Part shown: positions 1-13,840 of the stretch, piece by piece | How positions within the stretch are numbered: the first letter of the stretch is position 1 | Layout: each line of letters begins with the position of its first letter | Made by a program: the position numbers and the translations under genes | The notes under the pieces: model-generated | The model's input: only the letters and a program-made list of their open reading frames with translations | Told to the model about the DNA's origin: nothing | Databases searched by the model: none | Source: Schmidtea nova | Taxonomy: Eukaryota | Direction: 5' to 3' | NCBI GenBank assembly: GCA_044892505.1 | Contig: CM097883.1 | Coordinates: forward strand, 421,848,001 to 421,912,000 | DNA length: 64,000 nucleotides

Positions 1-330
1 TTCATTTTTTATTTGCAACTCTGTTCCACCTTCTCAGGTAATTTTCAAAAATTTAACCATAAATACCATTGGTATATACGCTAAATATGTATATAATATC
101 TTTATCATGACAAATAACAAAAAAAGAAGCGGAAGAAATATTTCGTATTTTCAATGCGGCACACAATGACATAAAATTTGAGATTGAATACCCGAAAGAA
201 GACGGATCCCTCGAACTATTAGATCTGAGAATAAAAATAAACTCAGACACACCAACATATGGGTTCTACAAAAAATCAGCCTGCAAAGAAATATTTATGC
301 ACCAAAGATCAGCACTTCCTCATCAGCATC
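1..330 (+). mobile_element. Penelope-like retroelement reverse transcriptase remnant (C-terminal part, degenerate)
   Basis: Translation of + gives AKYVYNIFI (degenerate YVDDIF), then AHNDIKFEIEYPKEDGSLELLDLRIKI...YKKSACKEIFMHQRSALP. This follows the PLE RT pattern IKFT.E.E....L.FLD...Y.K....Y.H..S.HP. A frameshift separates the two parts. Confidence 0.75.
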
Positions 331-1689
331 ATTCATGTCCATTTGGCTTGCGAATAGATCTTGGTTAGAATACTCTGTCTCAATGGACGCAGCTTTGTAC
401 TTATCTTTGTCGCAAATTCAGTACAGTAACTCCGTTCGGTGGCAGCGCAAACCCTTTTGTTCGGAGAGGATATTGGAATTCCTTTTTGATATTCTGAATC
501 CTATAAACAATGCGCTTCAAACAGAATTAGTGGATCTGTTAACTGCCTCTAGTTTTTTATGAAATACTCTGCAAGAAATTTAAACAGTCAAACGCTAAGC
601 ACTTAGGCCAACTTTACAATTGTGCTTTTCTTGATAAAGAACTAGATTCTTATACCGTCAAAACAAAAAAATTTCACGATTTAGTTCTCACGCATTCCCT
701 TCTTAAAATACGAATAGATTCATAATATTTTCAACGTCAGGATATGCGACAGTTTTAAGAAACGATTTTTATAGCAGTTACTAAGATCCAGTTCATTTCA
801 ATGGAAGTAGTTCTGTTCTCATTCACAGAATGGGTTTTCTCATTTCCTTTCATAAAAATGGTGAAGTATTCCGTAATACTTCAGTACTCTTGCCAAGTTT
901 TGATATATTAATATAGTGTTGGTGTATGGGTTGTTAAAAAATTGATTTTACTAGGAATTACGGTAACCCACTCACCATCATGAAAATGTTAAATCTCCCT
1001 CACTCGTGTACCCATAGTTACTCTCTGGTAATTTATGTTGGTAATGTACACAGTGGTGCTAGAATTCGATGAGCAGACGAGCTTTGTCACCAAACTCCTC
1101 ATTATATTCTCTCTTTCATGTTCCGGCAGCCGATAAACGTTCTTACGCTCATAATTAATTTAAATGTCCTCTTCAATTTATCAACTATTAACTTTTTGAA
1201 ACATTGCTTTATAATATATAACATCTACTCTTATCCTTTCCCAAAAATATTCGAATAACACCCCGTCTATTCTTCTTGGTTTACCTTCTAATTACACTCC
1301 TTAATTACCTTTACCCTAGCAGAATTATATAGTTAATAAAACGATTGTCAGAAGACTTGACATGACTATTCGGCTCAAGAACCTCCTCCAATCGGGAACT
1401 CACAGTCTGTGAGCAGACAGAGCTCCTCCTAAATCCGTTTAGTTGGGGATAAAATTATGTATGACTAAAACGTGTTACCAAAATTGAAATGCATTTTATC
1501 AATGATTTCTTTTCTGTAGAAAAATTATCATTTTTATTGCTGTATATTTTTTATATATCCGATGAGAAAATGTATCCCGAATTTCAAATATTTACAAGAT
1601 GACGAGAAATAACTTTGGAGAAACTTGTTTAAATCAGAAAGTTTTGCGCAACTGGTAAAACTCCCCTTGTTTTCATCGATTCTGGAGTA

Positions 1690-2162
1690 ACAAGTAACAA
1701 ATACATTTATCGAAAGGATATTTTGGAAGATATGGTACTTCCCTCTGTCCAACAGCATTTTTCAGCAATACTCCGTGCTCTCTCGTCGAGCAAAACCACC
1801 CAGGGCTGACGTAAGGTCAATTTTCCAGACTTCGTTTCGGCTATAGAATTTCCTCCGTACTCTTGTGATCTCGACCCATTAAACTAGTGTGTGTTCAATT
1901 TTGTTGTCTGGGTCATGTTTTAAGCGTCTCAAAAGTTTAGGAGCTCTCAAGCGCTCACTGTGCCAGGAATGGGACAAAATCACACTGACGTATTTTTGGT
2001 CCATCACATAGAATTTCATCAAACGTTTTAAGCTATGTGTTAAGGCGAAGGGAGGCCTTTTTGAAAACTAACGTCAATTTATATTTTTAGACCTTTGTTA
2101 TTGTTTCTCTTTATTGGAAATCACTGGAAAATTTTATCCAAGCTATTTCTGGTCATCCTCTA
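1690..2162 (+). mobile_element. Tc1/mariner-superfamily (maT/DD37D-like) transposase 3' remnant with probable right TIR
   Basis: Degenerate FQQ...RAKTTQG, then FPDFVSAIEFPPYSCDLDPLN (canonical WPPYSPDLNPLDY), ending NFIKRFKLCVKAKGGLFEN*. A TIR-like end TTCTGGTCATCCTCTA is followed by TA. Confidence 0.75.
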
Positions 2163-2215
2163 TAACATTTCCTAGTTATATTATTGTAAATATAATAGTA
2201 AATTTAAAATTTCAG

Positions 2216-5200
2216 TGGTACGGGATTCTACTTGATATAACAGGAAGGTTAGAAGGAATCAAGAAGCGAATAGAAAATTCATTTATTGTGAAAAAGCATT
2301 TAGAAGTAATTTGTTTAATAAATATAAAACTTCAAAAATTGAATCCAGATTGCAAACGAAAATTCAAACAAATCAGATAATTTAGTTTTGCACGCTCTTG
2401 GCGTTTGGTAAGTTGATCTTTAATTAAGCGCTTGATTGTTACTAGTAATACAAATTATATCTTCCACCGTTGCTTTAAACTTGGTTCCGTGGGGTGTTTT
2501 TGTTTATTTTTAATATCGTTTATTTGTGTAATTTTAAATCTTTAGCTGTCACGCGTTAAGGTTTCTGAGTTCCGATAATCTTTTAATTCACGAGATTCGA
2601 GACTTACTTCAAAATGGATAGTGAGAATAGCCGGTGACATTTTGCATACAATTTTAAAATGTCGCGAAATGATTGCTGTGGTGATCTACAAATGAAATTA
2701 CTTTAGTATAAACTCCCACATCATATGATGGGTCTGCCTCGTCTTGGAATTCAATTTGGAAAATAACTACAGAATCTCAGTCAGTTTAACAATGGATTAG
2801 ATATGGTTTATTTTCAGTGTATCAGCATGTTTATTAAAACATGTTACTGTGTAATACTGTCTCTTGAGGATTATGGGAAGTCTTTTCATATCAAATATTT
2901 GTTCATTTCCTCTCATTTGACTCCAGACATCAGCGGTTTTCATAAGGTTACTGTAAGTAAGAAATACCGATAAGTTCAGTAGCTAATCAAGTTTATATTA
3001 TTACATTGGTCTTTTGTAAAACTTAAATGGCTTTCCGGCCGACTTTTGCAAATTTATCAGTTTTAGAGTAACTAATTCTTTTTTGAAATCTTTTAGGTGT
3101 TACGAAGTTTCTGCTTTAAGTTGGATTAATAGGAAAGTTGCAGAAACATTTTTTGCAAGTCCACCAACATCAACATTCGATGAGGTAAGTGTTTTAAAGT
3201 TGTTAACTGTTTTCTATTTAANNNNNNNNNNNNNNNNNNNNNNNNNNNNNNNNNNNNNNNNNNNNNNNNNNNNNNNNNNNNNNNNNNNNNNNNNNNNNNN
3301 NNNNNNNNNNNNNNNNNNNNNNNNNNNNNNNNNNNNNNNNNNNNNNNNNNNNNNNNNNNNNNNNNNNNNNNNNNNNATATTGGTAAATATATTCTATAAT
3401 AGCTATCATCCCACTTATAATAAAGTGATTTATAATGTTAGAAAGAAAGACTGCGGTGAGTTGAGATAAAAGTCGTATTGTTTACAATATATACCTTAAG
3501 TGTAAAAGACGTTAATAAAGAACAGTTATATTGCCTAGATCAGGCGGTAAGATATGGTTTGGGGCAGTTTTTAAGGGAGGAAAATTTGCCGATTTTGTCT
3601 TTTCATTTCTCTATTGGTGGTTTGAAGCCAACGTTTAAAATTTATATTACCATCTGTCATGAGTATAATAAATGGTGGAGGACGGAATAAAAAGCGAGAT
3701 ATTTAGTAGTATAAAATTAATGTTATATTTATTTAATTAATTCATTTCGTATATTTGTAAATTTGTTATTTCCTTATTATATTTTTTAGGCATTAGTCTT
3801 TTTCCTTGAAGCCGAAAAAAGTATGATTTATTTTTATTTCATTTCAATATTATTATTATTTAAATTGTAAAATATTTTTGCTATTTTAATTATTTTTCAT
3901 TTAATATATATTTTAGCTAAATATTATTTTCCGATGTTTCTTGGACTCTGTACAATATCAATAGCATTTATACAAATTAAACATTTTTCTCAGTCCCATC
4001 TCTAATCGTATATTGCTAATAAGACGTGTGTTATCCATATTATATTTCTAAATAAAATTGGCAATTATGTAAAAATGATAACTTTATCTTTACGTGTTTA
4101 AAGAAATTGTTTACTTTGCTAAATGAGTGGTAATCGAAATTTTTTCTTTGCTTTTTACGAGAGTCAGTATTTCATAAATATCTAAAATAAATTTATATTT
4201 AACTTAAAATATTAAATAAATTTAAAATATGCTAAAATAGCTTTAAAATATGGTTTAAAAACATAATAAATAATTATTAGTCACCAACTGCCCGTAATAT
4301 ATGTATTTGTGGCCCTTAATTACAGACTGTTGAGGTGATGGTATATGAACAAAATGGTACGGACAAAATGGTATACAGACAAAATGGTTCTACTTCCCTA
4401 GACTATTAAAACTCAGCTACCATAAGAATAAAAAACATTTTTTAAGTATATTAATATACTTAAATTAATATTCTTAAATTCGATCTAAACTAAAAGATAC
4501 AAATGAAAATACATTTTATTAAAAATTACTTAAATAATCTAAGATAATTAACTCAATTGCAACTTTCGAACTTTTATTAATTATTAACTTTGAAGTTTAT
4601 TAATTAATAATATTTACTATTAGATTTATTATTATTATTATTACTATTATTATTATTTATTTAATTTTTAGCCATGTTAGAATTTGTTAGATCTCAAAAA
4701 GAAACTCGAAAGCTTTTAGTACAAGGTTATTTGTTTAGCAAGAACGCCGATGACAATGATGGCAAAGAGCTGTGGCATTGTGAAAGAAGAACGTGCAAGG
4801 CACGACTTCATACACAGGTAGATGCATTTTTTCTTGAAGTTGAAGTTCACAATCACACAGTAACTCATGGGCAAGTAGAGGTTGAAATTGCTCGTGGCAA
4901 CATGCAAAAGAGAGCTGAAACAAGTGAAGAAGCAAAACATTTGATTGTTCAGAATGAACTGATGAGTGTTCCACTTGCAGCAGCTCATCTACTTCCAAAA
5001 CGTCACACTTTATCACGAGATGTATGAAGACATCGGCAACTGGTTAGACCAAATTATCAACAGGATGGTTTATTCTCTGACACAGAGCAACAGTCCATTC
5101 ATCTGTGTCAACCGAGATAATCTGATCCTCTTTGCAGCTGACGATGATTTTGATTTCCTTTCCAGACGCCAACATTGGTTTGCTGATGGAACATTTCGAG

Positions 5201-8200
5201 TAGTGCCGAATGGATTTGATCAACTCTATACGATGCATGGCTTTCGCAATGGAGAAGTCTTTCCTGTAGTCTACGTATTACTATTCGAGAGAACCGAACA
5301 AGCATATCAAGAACTCCTTCGAGAAATTTTCATCTTGCGTGCAGGTTTAGATCCAGTTACTGTTGTGTTTGATTTTGAATTGGCAGCAATTAAAGCCTTT
5401 CAGAATACATTTATTATGACATCAATAACTGGATGCATGTTTCACTTTGGTCAGTGCATTTGGAGGAAACTACAGTCGGAAGGTTTTATGGAACCTTACA
5501 GAGAAAAACCGAATTATGCGCTTGTTGTCAATCGTCTTCTTGCTCTTGCATTTATTCGTAGTGTTTTTTCGACCTACCCTGATAAGTAAGCCTCAAACCT
5601 TATTTCAAGAAAAAATTTTCTGTTCCGAAGAGACAGGTCCTGTCCTTTCGGACCAGCCTGGCCGCATATGGCACAGACTTTTTTTCTTCTGTGTTTTAAT
5701 AAATTCATTCCTCTGAGCCATGGTCCGGGAACCGACGACTTGATTATCAGGTACAGCATGCAACACAGCATTCGAGATTTGATGAATTTTTGATGGAGTA
5801 TTTCATTGAATATTGGTGGTTTTAATTAAGTTTTTTTGTGGAGTCAGCAGTCGGGTCATCAGGCATTTTGAATATCAGATAATTTGAATAGCAGGCATTT
5901 GGAACATCAGTCAATCATGACCATCAGGGACATCGGGGACATCATATCATATTTCTCTAATGTATGTCTGATCTGTTCTAGATACGTACACAATTCATTC
6001 ACCATGTTGGTTAATTAAGTGTCCTTTCAGGGCGATATTAATAATCTCACACATCTCCATCGGATCGATATTAAGTGTTTCTTTAATTACTTTAGCTTGC
6101 ATACATAAGTATGGGAACCATTGTTTAGTGTTACAGTATGAAGTATTAATTTTGTTTTTATTTTTTAAACAAAATTTAATCTTGATTTTATGTAAGTTGT
6201 ATTCTGGTTGGTCTAAACAAGGTCTAGATTTCTTCTTCATAAAGTTCTTCAATTTCATCTGAGGATAGGGTTAATATATCTTTAATATCCAGTATGTCAT
6301 TCTTGTAAAGGATTTCAAACCAATTGTGAAAATCATAATCAATATGATCAAGAAGCACTATATTTTATTTATTTGTTGTTCTAAAGATGTTGTTCGTAAA
6401 CTCACCGTGTTGTCTAATTGTTGTTAAAGCATGTTCATTATTCATGTTGAGTATTTTTCCATTGAGATAATATTTTCGGAGAAGTAGTGCCCAGTGGGCA
6501 GGGGAAATTTTAAACGAGTATTTGATTGTCTTAAGTGGTCTTCTGTTATTTTCTTGAATAATAATTCCATGATTTTCAACAAAGTAGTCACAATCTTCGG
6601 AGTCAAAATCAGAGCTGTCATCATCAATGATACAATTATCAGCATTGCCATCAACGGATCTGCCATTATCAGAGTTGTCATTATCAGTCATCATCATGAA
6701 TGCCATAATCAGGACAGCCATCATCAGGAATGATGTCATCAGGAATGTCTTCATCAGGAATGCCATCATCAGGAATGACATCATCAGGAATGACATCATC
6801 AGAATGCCATCATCGGGGCTGCCATCATCGGTGCTACCATCACTAGGGCTGTTATTTTCAGGCTACCATAATCTGGATTGTTGTCACTAAGGATGTGATC
6901 ATTTCGATTTCAATTATCAGGGCAGCTATCTTCATCGTCGAAACTGTTGTTTTTTGGGTAGAAGAGTCATTTGAGGAGACATTGTGAGTGTTCATGCACG
7001 TTGTTTGATTTTTTTATTTCTTTAAATGTTTTCAGTGTTCTTGAAGTTGTTTCAAATCCATAATTGACGGATTTAGTTTTATAAGGCTTTGGTGTAGATG
7101 TTTTATCGGGTGTTTTTTCATCATATTTTTGTATTGAATTATCTTTCCATTTGAAACTATTCACAGTTTTTGGGCTACGCTTACTGGTTGATTGTATTGA
7201 TGTATTAATGTCCGCCTTACGCGGACGAGACTTTTTGCCGGTATTTATCGGATTCTTCGTCATCGAGAATGTAGTATCTGCTGAACCACAATGATATTAA
7301 TACAGTTATCATTTAATATTTTATTATTTAGTTATAATAATTGTATATTAAATTAAATGCGAGTGTAATTTTGTTTTAATAATATTCATATATGCAATGC
7401 CATCTCTCCTCAAACTAGCAGCAACAAATAAAATTCCATCTTATTTCAATTTAGCTGCAGCAATCAAAATGCCTTGCCACAGCAAAAAAACAATTTTATC
7501 CACAACGCCGATCTCAATACCAACGAATACGCCAATACAATATCAAATACCTATCTAAAATCTATACTGGAATTCGTTAAATGTAATAAAATTTGGAACA
7601 ATGTTGGATTTGCAATTTACTTATTTTTCCAATTATTAGCTTACTGTGCGGGTAGCTCCCGCACGACAATGGTGTCAGAATTGGGATCTGGCTGAAAGTT
7701 TTTCAATACAGAAATTGCTGCGATTTTAATTATATATTCATTTTTACAGTAGTAATATTTCTTATTAATTTTAATTTATTTTTCAGTTTCTTTATATAAA
7801 AAGGATGCTCAAACTGCGACTCTGACATTTTTTGTGGCTTAATAGTTTTAGAAATTTTAATATTAAATGAAATTTTAAAAAAAATTTCCACAACGCATTC
7901 ATTAATGTAATTAAACATAAAATTTTCATAAATAATTTAAAATTAATACTTTTAAAAAATGCGCTTAGTCATTAATTAATTATAGTAATAAAAATAAATT
8001 TTAATTTAAGTTTACATTGAAAATCTTGCAGCTCTACAGTGTTTTTCGATTGTCAAACATGGCTCCCAATACATAAAGCTTTGAGCATCCCTGGTATATA
8101 ATATCGTACCTTTATATTTTTATTTTGGAAATCAAATTAAAATTTTATACACTGTACAACGATGAATAGCAGCTCCTATAATATAAAATGAAATTGTACT

Positions 8201-11200
8201 ATATAAGTTTTAAACACTCACCTGTGTGCTATCGATGTGCTAACAATAAATAATACCTTTTATTATGTGGTAGACAAAAAGGGTAGAAAAAATTTGTAAA
8301 CCACAAAAAGGCATTATATAGTAAAAACTGCATGCAAACTTTTAATGGGTGCAAATTTAATCAATCATTAGTAGTCAATAATAATTTTTACACACACAAA
8401 AAAGTTTTTAAAAAATCAATTTTAAACGCAAGATCATTGAAAAAAAATATATTTCAAGAGAGCATATTGTAAGATTTATTTTTCATTTAATAATTAATTA
8501 AATTTTTTATAGAAATTCTAATATTTCTGAAGGCTCAACGTTAATCTTTCGGGAAAATGACCAGCCAAATTTTTAACAATTATTTTTTAATAAAATTAAA
8601 TCAAAATTTTTATAGAGTATCATTTAATGATGGACAATCAAGTTCTGCAGTTCTTGATTTAGAAAGAAAACTAGATAAAAGTAGGTTTTATTGGCTAAAA
8701 TTTTTAAAATGTAATATTATAACAGATTTTTAGAAGCTGATAAAGCCAAAATTGTGAATGCCATGGAAAATGGGAGGATTACCAACAATTTGGCAGACTA
8801 TTAGGAATTCCAAAAACACAATTAAAGTAATAATATTGAAGTATAAAACTTTTGGCATTATAACATAAGGAAAAAAGGATACAAAAATCTCAAAAATTAT
8901 TGTCAGCATATCCATCTCTTTTTTCCAAAATGCTGCAAAAAATAGTTATCTTTAGAAATTAATGTTATTAACGTAATAAAATAATAAATTTTACTTTAGT
9001 TTCTTACTTTTTGCGAATATAAATCCTTTTTAATGTTAATAAATTACTAAAAAGTCATTTAAATGATAAATTTAAGTAAATTTCTTACTTAATACAAAAA
9101 GAATTCATGAGTAATCATGAATTTGCACACCAACTAGTGTTATAGAAAATGCTATTCATCGTTGTACGGTGTAAATCGAAATGTGTTTTAATAGTTGGTA
9201 AGCTTATCTTTTAAAAGAGTATTAAATAGTTTATGCAACATTAAATTCATGCTTATTTTCGATAGCCGAGGTAAAACATTATTTGTTTCAAACAAAATAG
9301 AGAAAATAACTTTCGAAGGTAAGTTTGACGGATAAATCTTCCTTCGTGGTAATCAACATAAATCTAGCACCAACAATCGTGTGCATAATTATATTTTTTT
9401 GGAACCAATTAATAACGTTTTTACAGTCAAAACAATTCTTGTGTTTGGGAAGTTGATTCAAATTTACTGCATGGACATATTTAAAAGTTTTCTTTTTATT
9501 TCGAATTTTTTGTAGAAAAACCTGGAGTTTTGGCTGCTAATCTTGTATATCTTGGCAAAACTTATTTCCAATTAAACAAGAAAACTGAAGCTAAAGAATA
9601 TTTTCAAAAAACTGTTGATTTCCAAGCTTCGGATGCAGATACTGTCGCTGTAAGTTTTTAAAAGTACTTATTTGTATTAAAATAAATTTTTTTGAAATTC
9701 GCAAAAATGCTGTAAAAGTTAAAGTTGGCGGATTTCTTTGCAAATTGTTTTCAGTAACTGAAATACCTTACAGAAACAAGTACTTTCTTGAGTTTAGAAA
9801 ACATTTTACTACATTTCACAGTATTTCAGTCATTAATATTTATCATTAATATAATTAAAGAAAACATTAATTTTATAATTTAGAAACAAACTTCGTTGTG
9901 TTAAAAATACAAACTGTTTAAATTAAAACGAGTTTTATTATTTTTCATAAATTCTAAAACGTTTTCAGATTCCTAATAAATATTCAATCTAGAAAATCTC
10001 AATAATCAGCAGTTCTTGTAATATCCATATATAAAAAGCAATAATAATAGAAATACAAAACAAACTTAAAATGTAATTTTTTTTGATAAAATTTTTAAAT
10101 TATGTTTACATCAATAAAAAATGACTTAGAAATCAATAGAAAAATAAATTTATATTAGCTTATATTTTATTTTTAAGGGGGTCTTGANNNNNNNNNNNNN
10201 NNNNNNNNNNNNNNNNNNNNNNNNNNNNNNNNNNNNNNNNNNNNNNNNNNNNNNNNNNNNNNNNNNNNNNNNNNNNNNNNNNNNNNNNNNNNNNNNNNNN
10301 NNNNNNNNNNNNNNNNNNNNNNNNNNNNNNNNTTCTAATTGGGTTTTTGTTAGTTGTATGTGTGAAGGAGTAGCAGTTGTTTGTTAATGAGAATTTGTAA
10401 GAACCCAAAAGAGTCTCCCAAAACTTGTTGTGGGGACAATTGGGGTGCCTGTGTTTGTAATGAAATATTGACAATGAATTAAATAAATTTTATAAAATGA
10501 ATAAAAGATTAAATTTTACAATAAATATATTCTAATGAACAGGATAATAAAAAACCACGAAAAAGTTACTTTTATGTGTGAGTTAACACAGGGAAAATAT
10601 ATCTACTGAAATACGATCTTTTGATAGTTAGCTTGAAAGTTTTTTATAGCTTCTTTTAATAATTTCAGATTCGATAAAATAATCTTTTCTTTAGTCTGGT
10701 TGAATTATTGGATTGATGTTCTTTATTTAAATATTTCTTTTGATAGTTAGCTTGAAAGTTTTTTATAGCTTCTTTTAATAATTTCAGATTCGATAAAATA
10801 ATCTTTTCTTTAGTCTGGTTGAATTATTGGATTGATGTTCTTTAGTTAAATATTTCTTTAATTAGAATATAGAAGATCTTCGCCAACTTTTGACTTATTA
10901 CAATTGATAGTTAATATTGTTTTCCTTTGGTATTAAGAATGAAATCCAGATTTGGTTTAATTTTTAGTTTAATTATTAGTTTTATTATTTTTCTAATTCT
11001 CGATCAATTTTTACAATCGTTATTTCTGTTTGTTATTTGGCTTACTATAGCAAATTGCTATAGTAAGCCAAATTCAAATTTTAAATAAAAATAATTATAA
11101 TAATAACAATAATAAAAATAAATATTAACAATCACAATAAAAAATGGGGGGGGCCCAGGTGACCGCAAGGCACCGTCCCTAATAATGACGGCGCTTATAA

Positions 11201-13795
11201 CCTCATCAGAAAATAAACATATAAAAATGACAACAAAATGTGACATTCACAATATGTGTGTGTGTTGAATGTATTTTTTTATTATAATATATATTGTGAA
11301 TGCTTTTATGTTTTTATCAACAGAAATCTGCAAGGGCCCAAAAGAGTCTCCCAAAGCTTATTGTGGGGACGATTGGGGTGTAGGCTTGTAAACTTTTGTG
11401 TTAGTGAAATATAATCTTAACAAATAAATAAATATCTTAACAAGTAACGAACTTTAAACTAATTATTTTATTGAAAAGATAACAATGTAGCTAAAACAGG
11501 TACTCACACGATAGAATGTCTAATTAGAATAAAGGAATCGGCTTAGTTCTTTTTTTCTTTCGGTATCAAAAAATAGGTCTTTGAATAATTCTGACTTTAA
11601 ATTTTTAATTTTTCCAATCGTTGTAATCTATTTCTGATTTGGCTTAAATTAGGATTTTGATGGAATTTTATATTCTCTTGTATTTACTAATTTTCTTTAT
11701 TTCTTAATTGATTTTTTATTTTTGTCTTCAAATTTGTTTGGTAAGTTTTCCTTTTACAATTGTCGTAAGCTAATTGAAAGCTGATTATAATAAATAGTTT
11801 TGGAATTTTCTTTAATAATCTAATAATTATTCAATTTTGTCATCAATATTTTATCTTTGTAATTTGGCTTACTATAGCAATTAGCTATAGCAAGCCAAAT
11901 TCAAATTTACAAATAATAATAATAAAATAATTAAAATTACCAAACGTAATTCACACAAATAAATGGGGGGTTATCCGGTGTCTGCAAGGAAGTGTTTGGA
12001 ACGAATATTCGGTTTCTCCGTACCATTGTCTCATTAAATTATATAAGACGGTGAAAGGAAAAAGTGCAATTTAGAAGTGTTGTTAAGATATTTTTGGGGG
12101 AAATTGGCATAGAATTTAGATAAGATAGCGTGAGGATATAGTAAGTTAAGAATTGATAAATTTAAATGACCTTTGTAAATAGAGTGTAGTATATGCGTAA
12201 GATCTTCTATCAGCAGCAGGAACCTGAAAGATAGGATACAGTGAAGAGTAGTTTTGGCAACGAAGCCCATCTGCTCACTGCATTCTCGCCACCGTGTACA
12301 ATACCAACATAGTTTACCAATGATTAACTATTGGTACATGGGTGAGGTATTAACACTATTCATGATGGTATGTGGCTTGTAGTAATCCCTAATTTTTTTT
12401 AATTCTAGGTTAAAAATTTTATAATAGTAAAGTTAAAGAAATTATCAAGGGGATTAATAATTACTCTGTATTTTCACAATCCAAGGCAGTTGTGAAAGAT
12501 TCAATCAGACTTTGAGAGATAAATTGAAAAAATACTTTGTTTTTCAAGGAAATAAATCTTGGATAAATGTTTTTCCTGAAATGATTTATAGTTATAATTA
12601 TTCCCCCATGTAAAGGAATACAGGGAAAGCGATCCATTGATGATTATTCTATAAATATTATTTTATTCAACGTCCCAGGTGAAAATTTTAAAAATTCACA
12701 CGGTAAATTAGTTTATTTGGAAGTTAAGTTAATAATAAATTATAGATGAAACGAACGATAGCAAAGACGATGATGACAAAGAAGATGAACTAGTTGATTT
12801 TATTCATTTTGTTTAAAATAGAATAGTGTGAGTGGGTTCGTTTTAAATCCTTTATTCAAGCAAATATTACTTTTAATTCTGTAATTCAACCTCATGAGAG
12901 ATCTCTGTAAAGTTTTATTCCGTTTTTAAATAATAACATAGCTTAAATTTTAGAGCCAATCACATATCAATCTGTTTAATGGACGTATAACTTGCTTATA
13001 TGTTTCGATCTTTATTTCATTTAAATTTTTAAAATATACCCATTTTCTCAATTATTAAAACAATTGTCACTGGTGATTTCCTAAATAAGTAAATGATAAT
13101 GATTTCAAAAACGATTTTCACTTTTATTTGTTTGATATTTATTTTAAGAATATTTTCATATTATTATAAATATTATTTAATCGTAAAATTATTTTATTAA
13201 TTCGTCTCACTGTGTATGCATTAATAGTTTATTATTAAAACATTTACCGAAATCTATGATTTTGCTTGAGTGATTTATTAATTCACATAAGAGGATATTG
13301 AAAAATGTAAAACCCGAAGTGATTTTGTAATACATCCAGTTGGTATTGAGCTAGATCTGACATACTTAGCTACTAAAGTGTTTTTCTTAATAAATTTTAT
13401 AATTGTTGCTATTAATTGAAAATTACACCTTTAAACTAAATTCTATTAAACATTGAAGAAACCTGGTTGTTAATAAGTATTCATTAAAATAAAACTAGAA
13501 AATAATTAAAAATTTTATTTAAATTCCAATGTAGTTGTTGTCTGGAAACTGATGATCTGTTATTTTGCTTCGTAAATTGATGATTCTTAGTTTTTGAAAT
13601 AGATGGGAAAATGTTTGCTGCTATGAATTATATATTTTCTTGATTGATATTTTCTTGCTTGCTTGGTATTTTTGAATCAGAGAAAAAGTGACGTGTTTTT
13701 GGTGATTTAAACAATCGCCTTTTTTATTTGTATATATAAATATGTAATGATATAATATTTAATTAAATTTCTATATATATATATATATTTCTATA

Positions 13796-13840
<45 letters not shown>

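Noticed and set aside
3083-3469. Long ORFs containing X runs (also 10160-10474, 56565-57144, 58402-58638)
   Set aside because: They span assembly gaps (3222-3376, 10188-10332, 56659-56915, 56936-57086, 58452-58600, 58997-59248). Only the RMDN exon 3097-3184 and the Bcl-2-like fragment adjoining these gaps are supported.
3478-3690. 70-aa intronic ORF as an alternative RMDN exon
   Set aside because: No RMDN similarity, and the flanking exons already join in phase without it.
6690-6855. Regular short repeats as a CRISPR array
   Set aside because: These are contiguous 15-bp tandem units with no unique spacers, no cas genes and a eukaryotic context.
7670-7687. tRNA-Leu gene on the minus strand
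   Set aside because: Only the 18 3'-terminal nucleotides match, CCA is encoded, and there is no cloverleaf; a primer-binding site fits better.
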